DNA of 64,000 bases from positions 268,573-332,572 of the forward strand of contig CAYPYN010000004.1 in assembly GCA_964415295.1 (NCBI GenBank), in the 5' to 3' direction. Origin of the DNA: an uncultured Bacteroidota bacterium. GTDB taxonomy: Bacteria; CLD3; SB21. Shown here piece after piece: positions 29,981 to 36,377 of the stretch. The notes under the pieces were generated by a model. That model saw nothing but the letters and a program-made list of their open reading frames with translations, had not been told where the DNA came from and ran no database searches. A program made the translations under genes and the position numbers. Position 1 is the first letter of the stretch; the number at the start of each line of letters is the position of its first letter.

Positions 29981-30772
29981 TTATAATTTATCTGAACTAT
30001 AGGGTAATAATTGTCTGGTCTCGTAATCGATATCGGTCGGAATAACACGGTATATCCAGCCTTCGAAATAAGGATCTTTTTCAACAATGCTTGGGTTTTC
30101 CCTGATGCTCTTATTTACCTCAATGATCCGGCCCGATACCGGTGACAGGATCTTATGTATCCTATCATCCCCCGACCGGATCACGGCACAGCTCGTGCCC
30201 TGAGCAATCTCTTCGTCCGCGGCCAGCAATTCAATCTCTTTCACCGATTCTATGGTCTTCAGGAATAGATCGCAGACACCCACGACGGCATTGCCTTCAT
30301 TCTCCTGATATACCCAGCTGGAGTAGCCCAATCGAAGATACCGGGCCGGACATGGTACGAAAAGAAGGCCGCTATGGCGCTTAGCCTGTTTTTCCTTTAT
30401 CTCCTGGTATCGGTGAGCACGGTATAGCGAACCCAGAAGTTCATCTACCGTAAAGGGCTTCGGAATAAAATCAACAGCACCCTGATACAGGGAATTGACC
30501 GCATTCTCAACCGTCGAATAGCCGGTCATCATGATGAGCACAGCACGACTGTCCCTGTTTTTCAATTCCTCCAGGATCTGAAAACCGTCACCATCAGGCA
30601 TCATAATGTCGCAGAGTACGATCGGATACTCGTTGGCCGCGATCTTTTCAATAGCCGACTGCACATTGAGTGCCGAATCGACAACGTATTTCTCCAGTGA
30701 ACAGATCTTTATCAAGCCGTCCAGTATCACCTGTTCATCGTCTATGGCCAATATGTCTGCCGTTCGATTCAT
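29981..30772 (-). CDS. Response-regulator receiver fused to a GcvH-like domain
   Basis: Receiver domain (IDDEQ…CDIMMPDGDG…KPF), then a GcvH-like domain (…VGVCDLF…SPVSGRIIEVN…PYFEGWIYRV) with no Lys at the lipoylation position. Confidence 0.7.
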   Translation of the reverse strand: MNRTADILAIDDEQVILDGLIKICSLEKYVVDSALNVQSAIEKIAANEYPIVLCDIMMPDGDGFQILEELKNRDSRAVLIMMTGYSTVENAVNSLYQGAVDFIPKPFTVDELLGSLYRAHRYQEIKEKQAKRHSGLLFVPCPARYLRLGYSSWVYQENEGNAVVGVCDLFLKTIESVKEIELLAADEEIAQGTSCAVIRSGDDRIHKILSPVSGRIIEVNKSIRENPSIVEKDPYFEGWIYRVIPTDIDYETRQLLPYSSDKL

Positions 30773-30781
30773 GCAGTATTC

Positions 30782-32647
30782 CTATTTATAAGGCAGCCGA
30801 ATAGTGAAAGTAGTTCCTTTCCCTATTTCGCTATCAACACCGATGGTACCGTTATGATTGTCGATGATACCCCAAATGACGGCCAGGCCAAGGCCGGTAC
30901 CTTTTTGTCCTTTGGTGGTGAAAAACGGTTCGAAGATCTTTGGTAAATCTTCTTTATTGATGCCGCTGCCGGTATCGGTTATTCGGATCTCAAGATATTC
31001 TTTTAGTCCGGCCGAATCGACAAAATCCCACTTCTCCCAATCGCTGTTCTCCGAGGAACAGACCTCATAAGTTCCTTCTCCGCTGATCTCAAACGAAAGA
31101 ACCGGGGCTCCGCAATTCGGACAGTTCTTACCTTGCTGGACGATGGAATTCTGACAATCGGGACACACGTATTTCGCGTCCTTACCGATATCAAAACCTG
31201 TTGTGAAATTATTTCTGTGTTTGCCGTATATCGGATCCAAATGGATTATCCCTTCATGCCCGCCGGATATGACCTTGACCTTTAATGCTGGGAATCCGTC
31301 GATCTTGTATTCATTGTCGATGAGGCTGTGCCGCTTGGGACAAGTCGCTTTTTTGACTTGCGCCACACCGAACGGCGATAGTGAAATATGCTTGGTTGTG
31401 ATCGTGATATTTCCGCCGTCCTTACCGATCGCATCGGCGGCATTGACAAAAAGATTGATGAAAACCTGCTCCATTTGGTTGGAATCTACCGTGATCGGCG
31501 GCAGATCGGGTTCGATCTGTTTGACGATCTTGACTTTTCGCATGGACAGCTGTTTTTCGATCACGGCTATGGCTCTTACAATGATCTCTCCGACATCGGC
31601 CATGGTTTTCTTGGGAACCGATTGCCGCGCAAAATCAAGCAGACTTTTGACGATCTCACGGCTCCGCAATGTCTCACGCACGATAACTTTGAGGTCTTCC
31701 TGAAATTCAGGATTATCCTTGGTCCGTTTGAGCAGAAAACTGCTGTAGGTCAGTACGCCCGTGAGAGGATTATTGATCTCATGCGCAACGCCGGCCGCAA
31801 GTCGACCCAGAGAAGCCATCTTGTCCGATTGAAAGAGCTGCATCCTCGCTTCGGATAACTTCTTGGTCATATTGTTGAAGGATTCGCCCAGTTTACCAAT
31901 CTCATTGTCCCCCAAATCTTTTATCGCGTAACTCAAATTACCCTGACTCACCTGCTGTGTCGCGTGAAGCAGATCGCGGACCGGATGCGATACCCACCGG
32001 CCGACAAAAAAAGCGATAAGGGAGCCCAATGCTACTATGGCGATCATCGCGAAAATGACGATCTCCCACTCCCTGGTAACAATGGCATTGTCGACTTCAG
32101 CCAATGAAATTGAAACATCCAGAACTCCCAGAACCTTCTGGTTTTCCGGATGCGCGTGGCAGTCGTTTTCCCAGCAGGACCGTTCGTTGTAAATCGGCGT
32201 GATGATGCCAAGTACACGATTGGAATCCTTGTGGACCTTAAATATGCGCGTTCTTTCTGTGATAGAGATCTGCTCCAGTGCCTTATCTTCGGCGTGGCAA
32301 GCATAACAGCTCTCCTCTTTCTTATCTACCATCTTATTGATATTCGCCGAATCGGAGGAGTAGATGATCTCGCCAACTTTATTGATGATGCGGACATCGC
32401 GTATTTGAGGCTGGGTGCCGATGGAATTGATGGTCTGCTGGATCCGATCTCGCTGGTTGAACATCATATCGAATCGGGTGCTGGCGATGACGGTCTCCCC
32501 CAACTGGTTGGCATGACGCTCAACCTCCGCTATCAGCGTATTACTCTGGGACTTGATATTGAAATAGGCAAATACGCCGATGATAAGAAGCGAAGCGAGC
32601 GCAACCACGGAGATCAGACGAAATCCTATTTTATTGAACATGGTCAT
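30782..32647 (-). CDS. Sensor histidine kinase, paralogue of 26297-27934, with a periplasmic CxxCH + Cx4CH domain and a ~130-aa zinc-ribbon-containing insertion in the HATPase domain
   Basis: CYACH and CWENDCH lie in the loop between the TM helices. An H-box (HEINNPL) is present. Between the N-box (NAADAI) and the G1 box (DTGSGI) there is an insert containing CPKRH and CPDC…CPNC. Confidence 0.8.
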   Translation of the reverse strand: MTMFNKIGFRLISVVALASLLIIGVFAYFNIKSQSNTLIAEVERHANQLGETVIASTRFDMMFNQRDRIQQTINSIGTQPQIRDVRIINKVGEIIYSSDSANINKMVDKKEESCYACHAEDKALEQISITERTRIFKVHKDSNRVLGIITPIYNERSCWENDCHAHPENQKVLGVLDVSISLAEVDNAIVTREWEIVIFAMIAIVALGSLIAFFVGRWVSHPVRDLLHATQQVSQGNLSYAIKDLGDNEIGKLGESFNNMTKKLSEARMQLFQSDKMASLGRLAAGVAHEINNPLTGVLTYSSFLLKRTKDNPEFQEDLKVIVRETLRSREIVKSLLDFARQSVPKKTMADVGEIIVRAIAVIEKQLSMRKVKIVKQIEPDLPPITVDSNQMEQVFINLFVNAADAIGKDGGNITITTKHISLSPFGVAQVKKATCPKRHSLIDNEYKIDGFPALKVKVISGGHEGIIHLDPIYGKHRNNFTTGFDIGKDAKYVCPDCQNSIVQQGKNCPNCGAPVLSFEISGEGTYEVCSSENSDWEKWDFVDSAGLKEYLEIRITDTGSGINKEDLPKIFEPFFTTKGQKGTGLGLAVIWGIIDNHNGTIGVDSEIGKGTTFTIRLPYK

Positions 32648-32655
32648 GATTCAAG

Positions 32656-33801
32656 TCATTTTGTAACCGGCTTGCCGGGCTTCTGTTTCGGGTACGAATA
32701 TCCCTCGTGACATCCGCTGCAGTCCGGTTTGAGTCCGTAATTATTCTTCGAATGGCAATCGGAACATTCGAGGTCCGAATGATTATCATCGAGCTGCAGG
32801 CCTGTCACCGCATGCTTGAATGTTGCCTTGTTCCAGCCCGTATGACACCGGATGCATTGGCTGTCGACCTTCTTGAAAGGCTGTTTTGTGCCGTGGCATT
32901 TGGCGCAGGATAGTCGCTCATGGTATTTACCAAGAGCCCAACCCGTTTTCTTCGCATGATCGAAAGGCCCCAATTTGGTATCGCTATGGCAGTCGCCGCA
33001 CGCTTGATTCTTGTCATGACAGGCGATGCAACGGGAATGTTGTTCCTCAAATGAGGCATTGACTGGTATTACTCTCTTAATCGGCTGCTTCGATTTATTG
33101 GCTGCATCATGGCATTTCGTGCAGTTCTCTTGCTTGTGACAAGTAACGCATGTTAATCCGAATTTCTTGGTATGCTCATCATGATAAAAGGTAACCAATT
33201 TCCCTTTGTCGGAATTGGTCTCATACATGAGGCTGGTTGGCTCATTTAGGGTTGGATGGCTCTTCCCCGCATACATTTTTTTGTCTTTGGCGGAACCCGT
33301 TTTATCCCCTGACCTCAGTTCGTGGCAAGTATTGCATCCCGTTTCATGGCTCCATTCTCGATGGCAATCCATGCATTGACGATGGAAAGCGCCCTTCAGA
33401 TCTGGAAGACTCACATCATCTCTTTTTCTTCCCGGCTCATGGCAGCTTTGACATTTAAGAATAGGTCCTGACGTATTGTGATGATGGCAATTTTCGCAAC
33501 CGCCGGACATCACGGACATCTGCGCGTGGATTTTGTGTGAAAAATAGACCGGACCGTAGCGGTCTGTGAGTTGATCCATAACAATGAGTTCCGGTGTCTC
33601 CTCGGGCGCCTGATACACAGTAGCGATCTTCTCCCTCGGACAAAGAACCAGGCACGGTTCATCTTTGGTAGGAACTTCACACGTATGGCACGTTTTACAA
33701 CTGAGGTTCAGTTTGGTGTGGCTTTTGACAACACTCTGCTGGGCCAGGATCCGGCCGGATACGGCAACTACTAACAATATAAAGAAGAATAGCTTTTTCA
33801 T
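32656..33801 (-). CDS. Periplasmic multihaem cytochrome c (13 CxxCH motifs)
   Basis: Signal peptide, then the motifs CKTCH, CENCH, CQSCH, CMDCH, CNTCH, CVTCH, CTKCH, CIACH, CGDCH, CAKCH, CIRCH, CSDCH and CSGCH. Confidence 0.85.
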   Translation of the reverse strand: MKKLFFFILLVVAVSGRILAQQSVVKSHTKLNLSCKTCHTCEVPTKDEPCLVLCPREKIATVYQAPEETPELIVMDQLTDRYGPVYFSHKIHAQMSVMSGGCENCHHHNTSGPILKCQSCHEPGRKRDDVSLPDLKGAFHRQCMDCHREWSHETGCNTCHELRSGDKTGSAKDKKMYAGKSHPTLNEPTSLMYETNSDKGKLVTFYHDEHTKKFGLTCVTCHKQENCTKCHDAANKSKQPIKRVIPVNASFEEQHSRCIACHDKNQACGDCHSDTKLGPFDHAKKTGWALGKYHERLSCAKCHGTKQPFKKVDSQCIRCHTGWNKATFKHAVTGLQLDDNHSDLECSDCHSKNNYGLKPDCSGCHEGYSYPKQKPGKPVTK

Positions 33802-35045
33802 GACTCCACCCCTCTGATTGAGTATTTGGTGGGCTGTGCGGTGGGTTTACCAGGCAAACTTATCACTGAAAAATTCATGACTATGAAACGGTATGCGAGA
33901 ACCAACATCGCGACAAAACCCAATGTCACCGAAATCTCTCCGATGGACGGAAAGTACGGCGTGGTGGCATACGGCGGCGTATAGGCGACAATAAAGTTAT
34001 TAATGCGGTTGAGCAGTACGCCAAGAACAACCAACGTGGCGGCCGTGAACAGCAATGGCGGAGATTTCAGGACTTTGGGCGAGAGGAACATGCGTAGAGG
34101 AATAATGACCCCAAATAGGATCTCGATCGTGAACATCACGCTCTCCGTACTGAATTCCGCAAGATAAACAAAAGTCTCTCTGACGAACATATCGCCGATC
34201 TTGAAGGCGAGATATATGCCAAGCAATGGCGCAACCATGGAACCTAGCCGAGAAAGGATCGGCATTTCAGGTTTTAGCTTGAGCGAACGGGATGCAATAA
34301 GCGACTCAAAAATGACCATCGGAAAACCGACGGAAACGGCTGATAACAGGAACAGCAACGGAAGGATCGGTGTTTGCCACAGCGGATGCATTTTCTGACC
34401 GGCAATTACCATCAGAGTTCCCAGCGACGACTGATGCAGAGTTGATAAAACGACGCCGGCGATGATAAAAACAAACATAGTCTTCGAAAGGCCGCGATCG
34501 AGCAGCCGCAGTATCTTGTCTGAAATCCTGTTAAATACAGAAAGAGGCCCTGGCAAATTGACTTTGCCGATAAACCGTTCGGTAAAGATGGGCAGAAATT
34601 CTATGTATAAGACGGTCATGTAAATCATGACGCAGATACCCACTTCAAAGAGAGCGGAATTGCCGTTCCACATGATCAGCGGATGCCAGATATAATACCA
34701 GCGGCCAATGTCAACAAAAACGCCGATGGCCACGAACGTATATCCGAGCATGGCGGTTAATAGTGCGGGACGGATCACCACATGGTACTTTTCGCGGTGC
34801 ATCACATGACCCAATGCAGCGGTAGTAAAACCGCCGGCCGCCAACGCGACGCCCGCGGCCACGTCAACACCTATCCAGAGTCCCCACGGATATTGATTAT
34901 CCAAATTGGTCACCGCACCGAGCCCAAAGAGAAACCGTCCCATCAGAAATACCATCCCGTTGACAGCGATGAGAATGAGTATGATGACTCCGGGCGTAAA
35001 GAATTTATATTTGATCGGTACCGGGTTAACGGCTTCGTGGTTCAT
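33798..35045 (-). CDS. NrfD/PsrC-family integral membrane quinone-interacting subunit
   Basis: About 415 aa of polytopic membrane protein with the NrfD-family pattern. The start was placed at MNHEAVNP. ATGA overlaps occur at both ends (with the 4Fe-4S gene stop and with the cytochrome start). Confidence 0.8.
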   Translation of the reverse strand: MNHEAVNPVPIKYKFFTPGVIILILIAVNGMVFLMGRFLFGLGAVTNLDNQYPWGLWIGVDVAAGVALAAGGFTTAALGHVMHREKYHVVIRPALLTAMLGYTFVAIGVFVDIGRWYYIWHPLIMWNGNSALFEVGICVMIYMTVLYIEFLPIFTERFIGKVNLPGPLSVFNRISDKILRLLDRGLSKTMFVFIIAGVVLSTLHQSSLGTLMVIAGQKMHPLWQTPILPLLFLLSAVSVGFPMVIFESLIASRSLKLKPEMPILSRLGSMVAPLLGIYLAFKIGDMFVRETFVYLAEFSTESVMFTIEILFGVIIPLRMFLSPKVLKSPPLLFTAATLVVLGVLLNRINNFIVAYTPPYATTPYFPSIGEISVTLGFVAMLVLAYRFIVMNFSVISLPGKPTAQPTKYSIRGVES

Positions 35046-35950
35046 AGCTCTTCCTCCTCCGCTAATTCTTTGCGGCGTTTGGCGATCCACATGATCCCGC
35101 CCAGCAAAGCATAGAGGGAAACCGGCGGAACAAAATAAGCAAAAATGCCGTGCTGAATGGATTCGGATACGCCGGGCGCCGGACTCTTTCCGAGTTTGGG
35201 GAATCCGAGTTCTGAAAAATCCTTGGAAGCAAGATACAGCCAGGAAGTCCCTCCAACTTCGTATTCACCAAAAATATGATCAACATAACGGTCCGGATTT
35301 TTCTTGATTCTGTTTCTGGCAATCTTTATGAGTTCGGTACGGGAGCCGTATGTGAGCGCCTCTACGGGACATATAGCCACACAAGCAGGCCATTGACCCT
35401 CATTGGTTCGATTAATGCAAAAGTCGCATTTCATGATGCGCGGTTTCAAAGCAACCTCGTATTCAAAAGAGGGTACCTGGAACGGACAAGCCGCCATACA
35501 ATAGCGGCAGCCGATACACATGTCGGTATCCCAGACGACCGCTCCGTTCTCAAGTTTTGAAAATGCGCCAACAATGCACGCCGAAACGCAGGCCGGGCGG
35601 TCGCAATGCATACACTGTACTTTGACGTCCACGGGAAGATTGGAATTCTTGCCGTGCTCGTATTCATTCACGACGGTTAATGCCGTCGGATCAGGTCTTC
35701 TTCGAGATTCAAGGATCTTTCGGTCTTCGTATGTAACAAGTTCCCCGGCCGTCATTTGATGGGCATCTTTGCATGCCCATTCGCAATTTCTGCAGCCGAC
35801 GCAGGTCGTAGTGTCCACAAGAACACCCATCCGGTCTTCCGAAAGAATATTCGTAGGTCCTGCTTTTGCGGATGAAGCCGACAGCCCCGTAGCGGCAGCC
35901 CCGGCCACAACCGATTTCTTGAGAAAGTCGCGACGACTCTTTCCAGACAT
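35042..35950 (-). CDS. Tat-exported 4Fe-4S ferredoxin-type subunit (NrfC/HmcB/PsrB-like) with a C-terminal TM anchor
   Basis: Twin-arginine signal SRRDFLKK, four Cys clusters (CVGCRNCEWAC, CMHCDRPAC, CIGCRYCMAAC, C…CVAICP), and a hydrophobic C-terminus. The start was chosen at the Met preceding the Tat motif. Confidence 0.8.
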   Translation of the reverse strand: MSGKSRRDFLKKSVVAGAAATGLSASSAKAGPTNILSEDRMGVLVDTTTCVGCRNCEWACKDAHQMTAGELVTYEDRKILESRRRPDPTALTVVNEYEHGKNSNLPVDVKVQCMHCDRPACVSACIVGAFSKLENGAVVWDTDMCIGCRYCMAACPFQVPSFEYEVALKPRIMKCDFCINRTNEGQWPACVAICPVEALTYGSRTELIKIARNRIKKNPDRYVDHIFGEYEVGGTSWLYLASKDFSELGFPKLGKSPAPGVSESIQHGIFAYFVPPVSLYALLGGIMWIAKRRKELAEEEEL

Positions 35951-36377
35951 GTTCCGTTCCTTTCGAAGTGTTGAAAACAATTCCACCAGCATACCAATAT
36001 ACATGTGTTTTTTTTCACAAACAATGACGACCGTCATGTTTTTCAACAGTCGCTCATATTTATTTTAGACCTTTATAAAGCACTAATACTATCAATATCA
36101 ATAGCTTGTGTCGTGTTTGATGGAACGAATATAGTTTGTTACAAAAGGAACAATGTTGATTAAATGATGTCTTTTTCAATGTAAGTGTTAATAATGTAAG
36201 CACTATTGATAGCTAACGGTGTATAGAGCTTGGGAACAATAAATTCTGAGAAAACTTCCAGAAATCGCTTCGGATGAACAAAAGTTGTATGGCTTCCCTA
36301 CTTTCTACTTGATTATCAGGAAAAAAAATAATATAGATTTATATTATGTTTCTCTTTGGACCCAGTATGGAGTATCT

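Noticed and set aside
36285-36377. 31 extra N-terminal codons on the pheT ORF (MYGFPTFYLII…), a possible Phe-rich leader peptide
   Set aside because: It is in frame with pheT with no intervening stop, so it cannot be a separate attenuator peptide. The conserved PheT N-terminus begins at the MKVSLNWLKDY Met. I found no T-box consensus (no GGGTGG core) in the upstream 430 nt.
35951-36377. Sigma-54 promoter (TGGCAC-N5-TTGCA) expected upstream of the redox/signalling operon because it encodes an NtrC-type activator
   Set aside because: Scanning both strands by eye found no GG-N10-GC element with the extended consensus. I am not claiming one. It needs a position-weight-matrix scan.
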